Assembly: GCA_002772995.1 (NCBI GenBank)
Contig: PFCO01000003.1
Coordinates: 74,253-136,756, forward strand
DNA: 62,504 nt
DNA from: Candidatus Niyogibacteria bacterium CG10_big_fil_rev_8_21_14_0_10_46_36
GTDB taxonomy: Bacteria > Patescibacteriota > Minisyncoccia > 1-14-0-10-42-19
Direction of reading: 5' to 3'
The translations under genes and the position numbers were made by a program. Of the stretch, positions 18,271-27,439 are shown one piece after another. How positions within the stretch are numbered: the first letter of the stretch is position 1; the number at the start of each line of letters is the position of its first letter. The notes beneath the pieces were generated by a model, which saw only the letters and a program-made list of their open reading frames with translations, was not told the DNA's origin and did not search any database.

Positions 18271-19893
18271 TTATCGGTACATGATGTCCGTATATTCTTT
18301 AAGCATCCGGTCTGCAGTCCAATGCTTTTCCATTTCTTGTTTTGCGGCAAGCGCCTTGTTATACCAGCGGAACTGATTGCCATAGAATAACGGCATGATC
18401 TTTTTATCAAAACACGTGTAGAGTTCGTGCGCATCAAACGCATCTTGGTCGGAATCTTGAACGCCGTTGGAGCCAAACAAAAACGCATTTTCGGGATCTG
18501 CTTCAAGCATCCAGCCGTCAGGCGTAGAACAATTAACAGCGCCGACCATTGCGGCAGACATGCCCGAAGTACCGCATGCCTCATAGGGAGCACGGGGGGT
18601 ATTCAACCATACATCCGCGCCCGCTTTAAGCGTTCTATTCATCTCCATATCAAACCCAGGAAGGATAACGAGATTTGCAAACGACTTGCTCATAGCATAA
18701 ATGCTGTTCCATTCATCAACCATCGCTTTGTCGTCGGGGTGCGGCTTGCCCGCATATACGAGCTGCATCCTTCCTAAAGCAATTGCTGAGCGCAGCCAAT
18801 CAATATTGTAAAAGATAAGCTTCGGCCGCTTGTATTCTGCAAACCGCCTTGCCCACACGACAATCATGTGTTCCCGGTGAAGCGTTTTCCCCGATATACC
18901 CTCTACCAGATCAATAAGCGTTTTTCTGTGCTGGCGTTTTGCCTGCATAAGCTCATGGGGGGTCCGTGCATTGTGAAAATCAGCATATTGCCAAAAATCC
19001 TGAGAAGCACCGTTTGTTATTGAGATAATCGGCTTTTGGGGAGGACTCTTCACAAATCGTCCCACAAGCATCCGCGCTTTTTTTAGATGTTTTTTGGATA
19101 CCGCATTCGTATGTCCCGCGAGATACACGCCCGCGCCAGTCATGGAGAATTCCTCTTCATCTCCGCCAACCTCTACCAGCATATCCCGGTCATACCCGCT
19201 CAGATACGCAACCCTGTCTATAGGATAACGGGGATTACCGGCATCAACCGGCGTATGCGTAGTAAAGCGAACCATATCTCGGACAGACGCAAGCGCTCCC
19301 CGCCTACCTTCCCGCAGAAATTTTTGGAAGTAGTCTACTGCCGCAAACGAGCAGTGCGATTCATTGATATGCAGCGTCTGCACTTCTAATTGTAAGTGCT
19401 CAATGAGCGCTACCGTTGCCTTGCCTATCAGGAGCGACTGGGATATTTTTCTGTCCAAGTTTGCGCCGCGCGAAAAACTTCCTCCGTATAAATGAAGTGT
19501 ATTTAAACGGGATAAGTCATCGTTTTCAGGAATATCAGCATCAAAGAAATATATCTCCGAAAAACCAAATTTTCCGCGACGAAGCCGATGCACTTGCACA
19601 AATACCGGAGAACCACAAATCTCTATCCGCAACCGAATACCGGTGTTCTCAAGCATGTGCGGATAATGCCGGGGTGTATACGAAACCGTCATACCAAGCT
19701 CCAGATCCAATCCCTGATCGTAATATCCTTCACGCGGAAGAATGGTGAACCCGACAAGCGGAATGCCTCTTTTGTACGCAGCATTCAAAACTGCCCCGCT
19801 AAATACCCCGAGACCCCCGGCAACCGTATGCAATTCTGGACACACGAACACCTCCGGCGTCACGAAAGCGATTATCTTGTTGTGTTTACTCAT
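18271..19893 (-). CDS. glgP: Short alpha-glucan phosphorylase-family (GT35) protein; PLP lysine replaced by Ser
   Basis: AGGLGV, HINESH, FTTHTP, ARRFAEYKRP, AGKPHP, EACGTSGMSAA. Confidence 0.85.
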   Translation of the reverse strand: MSKHNKIIAFVTPEVFVCPELHTVAGGLGVFSGAVLNAAYKRGIPLVGFTILPREGYYDQGLDLELGMTVSYTPRHYPHMLENTGIRLRIEICGSPVFVQVHRLRRGKFGFSEIYFFDADIPENDDLSRLNTLHLYGGSFSRGANLDRKISQSLLIGKATVALIEHLQLEVQTLHINESHCSFAAVDYFQKFLREGRRGALASVRDMVRFTTHTPVDAGNPRYPIDRVAYLSGYDRDMLVEVGGDEEEFSMTGAGVYLAGHTNAVSKKHLKKARMLVGRFVKSPPQKPIISITNGASQDFWQYADFHNARTPHELMQAKRQHRKTLIDLVEGISGKTLHREHMIVVWARRFAEYKRPKLIFYNIDWLRSAIALGRMQLVYAGKPHPDDKAMVDEWNSIYAMSKSFANLVILPGFDMEMNRTLKAGADVWLNTPRAPYEACGTSGMSAAMVGAVNCSTPDGWMLEADPENAFLFGSNGVQDSDQDAFDAHELYTCFDKKIMPLFYGNQFRWYNKALAAKQEMEKHWTADRMLKEYTDIMYR

Positions 19894-20057
19894 GCATATC
19901 TCCTAAACTCGTGTTGTTTTCAAATAACATAACACAACGATTATAGTACAAAATAAGCAAAGAGTGAACCGAGCCGTTTTCTGCCGGCACACTCCCCTTG
20001 CCAGAGCCCCACAAACATATACAATGGAGTGAAAGCAGCTTAACAAAGGAGGCTTAT

Positions 20058-20501
20058 ATGAAGATTGACCTGTTTCGTAAAATGGGATTTTTTGGGGGAT
20101 GTTGGTTTTCGTTTATGATATTTGTGGGCGCTATCTTCTTCGGCTCTCAATGGGCAATCACCGCGACAAACCCGGATTATGTATTTTCTTCATTCTGGCA
20201 GTGGGACATCATAGGGATAATGCTTCTTGTAACCTGCGCGGTGAGTATCTTTGTCACAAAAAAAACAACCGCCCTCAAAGAGACATTCAAAAGCATTTGG
20301 AATTTCGGCCCGGCATGGGTATTTCTGATGTTCATCTTTAACTTTATGCTGTTCACCTGGAAGCAAATAACCCTGCACATGAACCCCGACTATTCATTTA
20401 CAAAATTTTGGCAGTGGGACATCGTGGGAATTGCCGCGATAGCCACTTGTATCGTCAGCATATACCTTATTTGGTTTAAAGGCCGCCATGCAAAAAAGTG
20501 A
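20058..20501 (+). CDS. Membrane protein built from two tandem 71-aa modules
   Basis: NPDYxFxxFWQWDIxGI...TC occurs twice; AAGGAGG before ATG 20058. Confidence 0.75.
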   Translation: MKIDLFRKMGFFGGCWFSFMIFVGAIFFGSQWAITATNPDYVFSSFWQWDIIGIMLLVTCAVSIFVTKKTTALKETFKSIWNFGPAWVFLMFIFNFMLFTWKQITLHMNPDYSFTKFWQWDIVGIAAIATCIVSIYLIWFKGRHAKK

Positions 20502-21195
20502 CCTCGTCGTAGGATTCTCTACGGGATGTTTATTCAAAACACACAACATCCTTGAAGCTCTGCCGGTTATCAGAGAAACCGGATGCAATGCGGTAGAACT
20601 AAATCTCTTACGAACACATGATTTTTTTCACTTTATTGAGAAGATAACGCCAGAAGATATTGCGTCTTTCTCGTATGTCAGCATGCACGCACCAAAGTTT
20701 GATTGCGGAAAAACAGAAGAAACCGAACTGATATTCCGCGCCATAGAGTTATTCCATGCACAGCGCCCGCTTGACCTTATCGCGTTCCATCCAAATCATG
20801 TGACTGATTTCTCTGTATTTAACACTGCCGCATTCCCGCTTGCATTCGAAAATCTTGATTACCGGGAAGAAAGCGGCATATACCGAACCGTGGATGGCAT
20901 GCGGATATTGTTTGAAAAATTCCCTGCCACACCGATGGTATTCGATCTAAACCATGTCTACACCCTAGACGCCTCAATGAAGCTCGCGAAAACATTCTAC
21001 CTTACGCTTGGAAAACGCATACGGCAAATCCATCTGAGCGGGTGCCGTGATTATTATCACTATCCTCTCTTCAAGACGAAGCAAGATAGCATAATACGCG
21101 CTATCCAAGACAAAACAACGCCTATCATTATAGAAAGCGTACTTGAAGCAAAAGAGCTCGCAAAAGAGCTCTCGTATATACAAAAAAGATTATAA
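20488..21195 (+). CDS. AP endonuclease 2/xylose isomerase-like TIM barrel protein
   Basis: SMHAP, AFHP, ENLD, FDLNH, QIHLSG, HYP, IIES. Confidence 0.75.
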   Translation: MQKSDLVVGFSTGCLFKTHNILEALPVIRETGCNAVELNLLRTHDFFHFIEKITPEDIASFSYVSMHAPKFDCGKTEETELIFRAIELFHAQRPLDLIAFHPNHVTDFSVFNTAAFPLAFENLDYREESGIYRTVDGMRILFEKFPATPMVFDLNHVYTLDASMKLAKTFYLTLGKRIRQIHLSGCRDYYHYPLFKTKQDSIIRAIQDKTTPIIIESVLEAKELAKELSYIQKRL

Positions 21196-21241
21196 CGACA
21201 AAAGACCCGTACGGGGTCTTTTTTATTTCACGCAGGAATCT

Positions 21242-21442
21242 TTACAATCCTCCCGAAGTGGCATCATATACCGACAAGAAAGACGGTATTGCAAAAATGA
21301 GCCCGATAAGCGGGAGCGCAATAACTACGATAGAAACAATCACAGCTATCAAAAAATATTTTCTCGTTTTTTCTACCGAGACATAGATAGCATGTATCTT
21401 CTGCTCAAGCGCATCAAGACGCTTTTGGATGTCCTCTTCCAT
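21242..21442 (-). CDS. Small coiled-coil + single-TM protein
   Basis: Hydrophobic C-terminal half. Confidence 0.7.
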   Translation of the reverse strand: MEEDIQKRLDALEQKIHAIYVSVEKTRKYFLIAVIVSIVVIALPLIGLIFAIPSFLSVYDATSGGL

Positions 21443-21443
21443 G

Positions 21444-21662
21444 CTAGTTCCAAAGAATCCCCGCCCGATAAAGCATCACGCCTATCCACACCACAAGGAT
21501 GAAATAATATGTCGTCCATCCTTTCGAAAGCGGAAAAGACCGCGAGAACACCCGGAAGTGTTTTTGGTACCACTTCGTTCCTGTGCCAAACCATGAAGCA
21601 AGATTTGCCCCAATGCTGTCGATAAGAAGAATATAAAAAATGACAACTTCTACGGTATCCAT
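21444..21662 (-). CDS. 72-aa membrane protein (true start MDTVE; the longer track ORF reads through tRNA-His)
   Basis: FYILLIDSIGANL...FPLSKGWTTYYFILVVWIG. Confidence 0.7.
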   Translation of the reverse strand: MDTVEVVIFYILLIDSIGANLASWFGTGTKWYQKHFRVFSRSFPLSKGWTTYYFILVVWIGVMLYRAGILWN

Positions 21663-21718
21663 ATACCAATAGTGTATCACATTTATAAAATAATGATGTT
21701 TTCCCAATTCTCGATATA

Positions 21719-21750
21719 AAAACAACCCCGCTAGAAGCGGGGTTGTTTTT
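21719..21750. terminator. Terminator downstream of tRNA-His
   Basis: AAAACAACCCCGC-TAGAA-GCGGGGTTGTTTT. Confidence 0.85.
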
Positions 21751-21754
21751 ATAC

Positions 21755-21831
21755 TGGGGTGACCGATGGGGCTTGAACCCACAACCACCAGGTCCACAAC
21801 CTGGTGCTCTACCAATTGAGCTACGGTCACC
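21755..21831 (-). tRNA. tRNA-His(GTG) with encoded G-1 and CCA
   Basis: GGTGACCG...TTGTGGA...GGTTCAAGCCC...CGGTCACCCCA; G-1:C73. Confidence 0.97.
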
Positions 21832-21908
21832 ATCTAAATACAGTGTACTCAAATTTCCTAAATATTCAAGAAAAAGAATGCCCCGTGCACGAACACGGGG
21901 CCTAATCA

Positions 21909-23282
21909 TTATAATGGTTTAAAATCCGCATAAAAATGACGGAGTCCGGGTGCTTCTTCGGTGCTAAACCCGCGCATGCTATCTTTCTTACGTAGCAAAC
22001 GTTCAAATACACATGCAATATAATCAAACGCTATTCGTTTGTATTTACGGCGCGGTATCGCAAGGCGCACCCATTCATATTGCGCAGCGTCCCCAAACAT
22101 AACCGACCCTATCTCACAACTCCGTATACCGCCTTCAAAATAAAGCGCAACCTCCAAAGCTTTCCCTGGAAATTGCTCTTTCGAGATATGGGGCAACATT
22201 GCCGCCGCATCAACATAGACCGCATGTCCACCGGGAGGACAAAGCACCGGCACGCCTATCTTTTTCAGTTTCGCATGAAGATATGCGGTATCTGCTACGC
22301 GTTTTCTCAGATATGACGGCTTCACAACCTCTTTGAGACCTCGAGCAACTGTTTCCATCGTAGCGCCCGTCATACCGGCATAATGCCTAAACCCGTATGT
22401 CCGCAAAAGAAAGCCCATCGTAATATTGGACAACTCTTCAAAGAGATCATCGTGGTCCGTAACAATAAATCCGCCTCCGTTTGCAAGTCCATCCTTCTTT
22501 GCGCTCATATACGCGATATCTGCGTACCCGAACAGTAATCGCACCACATCTTTATAGGAAAAACCCGGCATCTCTTCCCGTTGTACGAAATAGGCATTTT
22601 CAACAATACGGCACGCATCAATAATAAGCAATTTATTGTACTGCTCCGCAAGAATTTTTGTTCTTAAAACATTTTGGAACGAAACAGGCTGCCCGCCACC
22701 GGTATTGTTGGTGAGCGTAAGCAGAATTGCCTTTGCCTGTTTGCCTTTTTCGGACCCGAGATACTCTTCCAGTTTCTGCAGATCGATATCTCCCTTGAAC
22801 GGTGTATTGCTTTCGATATCAAGTGATTTTGGCGTCGGGATATTGATGCATCGCGCGCCCGCATGTTCAAAGTTCGCGCGAGTCGTATCAAAAAATCCAT
22901 TTGAAAGTAAAATATCATTTTCCCGCACCCTTCCTGTTTCTTTGAGAAAATGCGCGATGAGGGATTCCGCCCCTCTCCCCTGATGAACAGGAAGCACATG
23001 CGAAAACCCACTAAACTCTTTTGCTGCCCGTTCAAGCTTTTCATAGCTTGCCGCGTACGCATACGCCTCATCGGCACGATTCTGTAGTTCCATCTGTTGA
23101 TGAGAGAGCTCCCCTGTCCCAGAATCAGTCAACAAATCAACTGTTACCATGCGCGAAGGAATATTGAATAGATTATAGCGCGCCTGTTTCAAAATACGAC
23201 CCCGTTTTTTCCTTGGCATGAATACGGTCTTTTTATGGGGATTTTTCTCAAATGACTTATTCCAATATTTCGTTATCTTCAT
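21909..23282 (-). CDS. tnaA: Tryptophanase (PLP beta-eliminating lyase)
   Basis: VDLLTDSGT, DEAY, HQGRGAE, MSAKKDG; EIG and LRHF rather than the tyrosine phenol-lyase ERG/LRFF. Confidence 0.85.
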   Translation of the reverse strand: MKITKYWNKSFEKNPHKKTVFMPRKKRGRILKQARYNLFNIPSRMVTVDLLTDSGTGELSHQQMELQNRADEAYAYAASYEKLERAAKEFSGFSHVLPVHQGRGAESLIAHFLKETGRVRENDILLSNGFFDTTRANFEHAGARCINIPTPKSLDIESNTPFKGDIDLQKLEEYLGSEKGKQAKAILLTLTNNTGGGQPVSFQNVLRTKILAEQYNKLLIIDACRIVENAYFVQREEMPGFSYKDVVRLLFGYADIAYMSAKKDGLANGGGFIVTDHDDLFEELSNITMGFLLRTYGFRHYAGMTGATMETVARGLKEVVKPSYLRKRVADTAYLHAKLKKIGVPVLCPPGGHAVYVDAAAMLPHISKEQFPGKALEVALYFEGGIRSCEIGSVMFGDAAQYEWVRLAIPRRKYKRIAFDYIACVFERLLRKKDSMRGFSTEEAPGLRHFYADFKPL

Positions 23283-23351
23283 TCCAAGCCTCGTTTTCAA
23301 AAAGCATGTTACTTGCCCAGCATAATACCAAAAAACAGCTGAGATGTCAAA

Positions 23352-23423
23352 ATAAACGGCTCACACCAGGGTGTGAGCCGTTTATGAAAACAAAAAGCCA
23401 CCTCCGGAGAGGTGGCTCGTTTT
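23352..23423. terminator. Two back-to-back GC hairpins between the gamma-lyase gene and tnaA
   Basis: TAAACGGCTCACACC-A-GGGTGTGAGCCGTTTA followed by AGCCACCTC-CGGA-GAGGTGGCT. Confidence 0.7.
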
Positions 23424-23425
23424 TC

Positions 23426-24613
23426 TTACAGATCGCTTAATGCATCTGCAAAATCGTCTTTTATATCTTCTATATCCTCAATTCCAATCGTAAGCCGGAT
23501 AAGCGTGGGCGAAAGACCAAATTCTTGCATTTCTTCCTCGGTGCACGCAACATGCACCATCCCCGCATCAAACTCACCGCGCGTATTGGTAAAGCCGAGC
23601 GAAACAGAAATGTCGAATGTTCTACTCTCTGCAGCAAGGGTGTCAAGGAATTTTTTTGCATCTTCCGGCGTATGCATATCTATAGATATCATCCCGCCAT
23701 ATCCCGTGTTGTTATCCATATGGGTACGCGCGAGGTCGCGATGGACGAACGTATCCAGGCCGGGATAGTGCACCCTCTTTATCTTTGGCTGGTCCACAAG
23801 CCATCTCGCAAGTATAAACGCATTCAGGCCTTGTTTTTTGAGCCGTATATCAAATGTTTTGCACGACCGAAAAACAAGCGAAGCAACGTCAGGGCTCATA
23901 CATGCGCCGTACCTGTGATACTGCTCAATAAAAAGGTTGATATGTTTTTCTTCTCCGATAATTGCTCCCGCAATGACGTCGCCGTGCCCGGAGATAAATT
24001 TTGTAACCGAATGTATGACGAGATGGGCGCCGTGCTCAAGCGGACGGAAATAATACGGTGAGCCGAAAGAATTATCTACCACAAAAAGAATGTTTGTGCC
24101 CGCGATAAGCTTTCCTATCCCGATAACATCTGCCATGGCAAGCGTCGGGTTGGCGAGAAACTCAACAAAGACAACCTTCGTCTTGCGCGTTATTGCTTTT
24201 TTGACTTCTGCGACAGAAGAAGCGTCGACGAATTTCACCTTCATGCCCCACAAAGGAATATCCTTTTCGAACACTTCAATCGTAGTCATGTAGAGCGGTT
24301 TTGAGACTAGTATCTCATCTCCCCTCTTTAAAAATCCGGAGGCAACCAAGCCTGCGAACATCTGCAAAATTGCCGCCATGCCGGATGCGAATGTCAGACA
24401 GTTCTTATATGAGTACGCTTCGGGTTCTTTTATGTATCTGAACTCCAGATGCGCAAGCTCTTCCTCAAGAGCCCGCACAGTGGGATTCCCATGCGCCCAA
24501 CGGCTGTAAACAAAATTGTCATTCTCTCCTGTCATTGATTTTCTGGCACTGTCCACACTATTGAAAGTAAACGCTGCGTCGCGCACTATAGGCGCCGACT
24601 TTTTGTTTTTCAT
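23426..24613 (-). CDS. Cys/Met metabolism PLP enzyme (methionine gamma-lyase/cystathionine gamma-lyase-like)
   Basis: [54 protein letters not shown]. Confidence 0.88.
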   Translation of the reverse strand: MKNKKSAPIVRDAAFTFNSVDSARKSMTGENDNFVYSRWAHGNPTVRALEEELAHLEFRYIKEPEAYSYKNCLTFASGMAAILQMFAGLVASGFLKRGDEILVSKPLYMTTIEVFEKDIPLWGMKVKFVDASSVAEVKKAITRKTKVVFVEFLANPTLAMADVIGIGKLIAGTNILFVVDNSFGSPYYFRPLEHGAHLVIHSVTKFISGHGDVIAGAIIGEEKHINLFIEQYHRYGACMSPDVASLVFRSCKTFDIRLKKQGLNAFILARWLVDQPKIKRVHYPGLDTFVHRDLARTHMDNNTGYGGMISIDMHTPEDAKKFLDTLAAESRTFDISVSLGFTNTRGEFDAGMVHVACTEEEMQEFGLSPTLIRLTIGIEDIEDIKDDFADALSDL

Positions 24614-24735
24614 CTCTAGCACTCCTACACTGCTATGGTAGTTTTTCAAAGTATAAATCGTGGCTATTGTACCACTATAGTCGCAAAAAATCAAGCAAAC
24701 AAAAAAGACGGATCAATGTCCGTCTTTTCTAATTT

Positions 24736-26175
24736 TTATGGGAAAATGCCTTGGTCAAGATAGCACTGCCCTATCTTAGTGATCGCCAAAAAGTATGCCG
24801 CCGTACGCAAATCTATTGTGTCGGAGTATTCTTTCTGTATGACGCGCATCTGTTCAAATGCGGGGATCATCGTTCCTTCAAGGCCGGAAATAACGAGGTC
24901 TTCTTCCGTTGAAAGCCGAGTGACATGTTCTATTCTATTCGGGTCTATTTTTGTATGCGTCTGCTCTTCAACGACAGCCAAAATATTCTGAAGCCGCGCC
25001 TTATCAAAACGCCTGTCTATCTGTCCGAATCCGATATGATTACGGTTCTTAAGCCACTCAAAATATGACACGATAACGCCGCCGGCGTTCAGAAAAATAT
25101 CTGGAACAATCATTGCTCCTTTGCTGAATAATATATCATTTGCGTAAGAACTGGTCGGTCCGTTTGCCGCCTCCCCCACAATCTTTGCTCGTATCTTGTC
25201 CGCATTGAGATGCGTTATCTGGTTTTCAAGCGCTGCGGGAATTAGTATGTCGCAATCAAGCTCAAGGATATCCGAGATGCGCCGTACATTTTTCGTTCCA
25301 GGGAATCCCTTCAGTGTGCCGTGTTCTATGCGGAAGAGCATTGCATCATCAAGCGGAATACCTTTTGCCGAATGAATCGCGCCATCAATCTCGCCCAGCC
25401 CAATAATAATCGCGCCGTTTGCTTCTAAAAACTTTGCTGTATGATACCCGACATTCCCGAGCCCCTGAACAATCACTCGCTTGCCCTCAAGCCCGCAGGA
25501 AAGCCCGAGACGGCCCATAATATCCGGCTGGCTGCACACCTCGCGAAGACCGATAAACACGCCCCTGCCGGTCGCGGACACGCGCTCGCGAAGCCCTCCG
25601 ATAGATATCGGCTTCCCCGTAACGCACGCTGAAGGATTCGGGTCATCATCCGAAGCAAACTGCTTGTAGGTATCGAATATCCATGCCATTTCTTGCGAAC
25701 CGGTCCCATAGTCAGGCGCGGGGACGTCTTTTTCGGAATGAAACACTTTGTGGATATGCGTAAACGTATATGTATAGCGGCGTATGATTCGTTCTATTTC
25801 TGACGGAGAAAAATCTTTTTTGCTTCGTATGCGTATCGTCCCTTTTGCTCCGCCAAATGGCACATCGGCGAGTGCGCACTTGTATGTCATGAGCGCAGCA
25901 AGCGCGACTACTTCATTCTCATCCTGAGCGTCTTCTATCCACCGAAAATTAATACCCCCCTTGGTAGGAAGCTTGTGATAACTATGCCGCGCACGATACG
26001 CATCTATGTTCATAATGCTGCCGTCATCTCGTTTAACGGGCATACTCTCGTGGATAAAGCTGTTACATCGCTTAATCTGCCGCAAAAGACCCGGCTGATC
26101 TTTTTCAAATCTGGTCAGCTCAGCTGCCTTATCAAAGTAGCGGTTTACTTCTTCAAAAAACTTGTAATCGGACAT
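24736..26175 (-). CDS. gdhA: NAD(P)-dependent glutamate dehydrogenase, animal-like type with antenna-like insertion
   Basis: PTKGG, MTYKCA, PFGGAKG, DVPAPD, VTGKP, ATGRG, QGLGNVG, EAANGP, LNAGGVIVSYFEW. Confidence 0.92.
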   Translation of the reverse strand: MSDYKFFEEVNRYFDKAAELTRFEKDQPGLLRQIKRCNSFIHESMPVKRDDGSIMNIDAYRARHSYHKLPTKGGINFRWIEDAQDENEVVALAALMTYKCALADVPFGGAKGTIRIRSKKDFSPSEIERIIRRYTYTFTHIHKVFHSEKDVPAPDYGTGSQEMAWIFDTYKQFASDDDPNPSACVTGKPISIGGLRERVSATGRGVFIGLREVCSQPDIMGRLGLSCGLEGKRVIVQGLGNVGYHTAKFLEANGAIIIGLGEIDGAIHSAKGIPLDDAMLFRIEHGTLKGFPGTKNVRRISDILELDCDILIPAALENQITHLNADKIRAKIVGEAANGPTSSYANDILFSKGAMIVPDIFLNAGGVIVSYFEWLKNRNHIGFGQIDRRFDKARLQNILAVVEEQTHTKIDPNRIEHVTRLSTEEDLVISGLEGTMIPAFEQMRVIQKEYSDTIDLRTAAYFLAITKIGQCYLDQGIFP

Positions 26176-26251
26176 TTGGGGCGTCCTCCCTTTTTATTAA
26201 AGAAAAAAGCGGTCTAAAAACCGCTTTCAGTATACTGCCGGTCCGAAAAAT

Positions 26252-26581
26252 CTACAAGAGAGCGTCTATTTTTGCCGCCTCGATAAAATCATTCTCCGAG
26301 AGTCCACCTGTGGCGTGTGTTGAGAGCTCTATCCGTACCTTATTCCACCCATGCAGAAGAATATCCGGGTGGTGCCCTTCCAATTCGGCAATGTCGGCAA
26401 CCTCATTCACAAAAGCCATGGCCTCCTTAAAGTCCCTATGCTTAAATTCTCTGGCTATTTTCTTACCCCCAAGCACCTCCCAATCAGGGATTTCTTTGCG
26501 CAGAGCCGCGATACGGCTCTTTTCTAAGGGAGACATTCCCGCTTCGCATGGAATGCATTTTTTCTGAATCAAATCGCTCAT
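26252..26581 (-). CDS. Pterin-4-alpha-carbinolamine dehydratase
   Basis: EGHHPD, LSTH, GLSENDF. Confidence 0.9.
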   Translation of the reverse strand: MSDLIQKKCIPCEAGMSPLEKSRIAALRKEIPDWEVLGGKKIAREFKHRDFKEAMAFVNEVADIAELEGHHPDILLHGWNKVRIELSTHATGGLSENDFIEAAKIDALL

Positions 26582-26920
26582 ATATGTATGGTACACAACC
26601 ATACAAAGAAATAAAAATCTTGCCTTGTCAAATAAATGATATAATAGAAGTAGATAGGGAAACAAAATTTACAAACACCCGAAAACTGTTGGGAAATAAG
26701 GCTTATATCGCAAGCTATGCGCTTCTGCGATATTCCTGACAGCACACAGCACAAAACGAATTCCGAACTTTGACAACCCCTCTTTCGCTTGAAAGAGGGG
26801 TTTCTGTCAATAAACTGTGAATAAGTTATGGGTAATACGTTGAAAATGCATGGAAAAATCTGTTCGCTTCCGCATGCCTACCTTAAAAACCATTGAAAAA
26901 TAATAATTTTTCATTAGGTT

Positions 26921-27436
26921 ATGCCAGGGGCTTGTTTACAGGAAGCTCTTGGCATGGCTTGGTGGACACATATATTATTTGCACAAAGAGAGAAGGATTC
27001 CTCTTCAAGAAGAAAAGGGGGGTTCTTCAATACTGGCTACTCGAAATTCAAAAAATATATCAAAAAGAAGTCTATCGACATTCTCTATATCCTTTTTTCC
27101 ATATTCACATATCTCTACCTTGCGGTTTCAGTATTTACATTCTTTTTCCACACATTTGTCCCCGACTCTCTCCCATTTGCGATTGAGGCATTGTCCGATC
27201 CGTATCTCGGAGCGCTCGGTATCTATATCGTCATCCATGGCATTGAGAAAAAGCGCAGAAAAACAAAATCAAAGGGACAATTGTTTGTCCCCCTCTGGAC
27301 GCTCTTCTTCATTATTGCGTCTGTCTTTCTATATTTTGTTCCGGATCAGACACTTGATACCTTATACAAAACAGTAGTAACGAACGCATTTGCAGCAATT
27401 ATACTCCGCGTTGGCATGCTGCTTCGTTACCTATAG
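26921..27436 (+). CDS. Hypothetical multi-pass membrane protein (start uncertain, possibly 26954)
   Basis: About four hydrophobic segments; converges on rplR. Confidence 0.65.
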   Translation: MPGACLQEALGMAWWTHILFAQREKDSSSRRKGGFFNTGYSKFKKYIKKKSIDILYILFSIFTYLYLAVSVFTFFFHTFVPDSLPFAIEALSDPYLGALGIYIVIHGIEKKRRKTKSKGQLFVPLWTLFFIIASVFLYFVPDQTLDTLYKTVVTNAFAAIILRVGMLLRYL

Positions 27437-27439
27437 CAA

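Noticed and set aside
21373-21909. Track ORFs 21373-21909 and the long form of 21444-21833
   Set aside because: They read through tRNA-His; only the 72-aa part from 21662 looks coding.
26252-26581. Pterin dehydratase as part of an aromatic amino-acid hydroxylase system
   Set aside because: No phenylalanine hydroxylase in the window, and orphan dehydratases are common.
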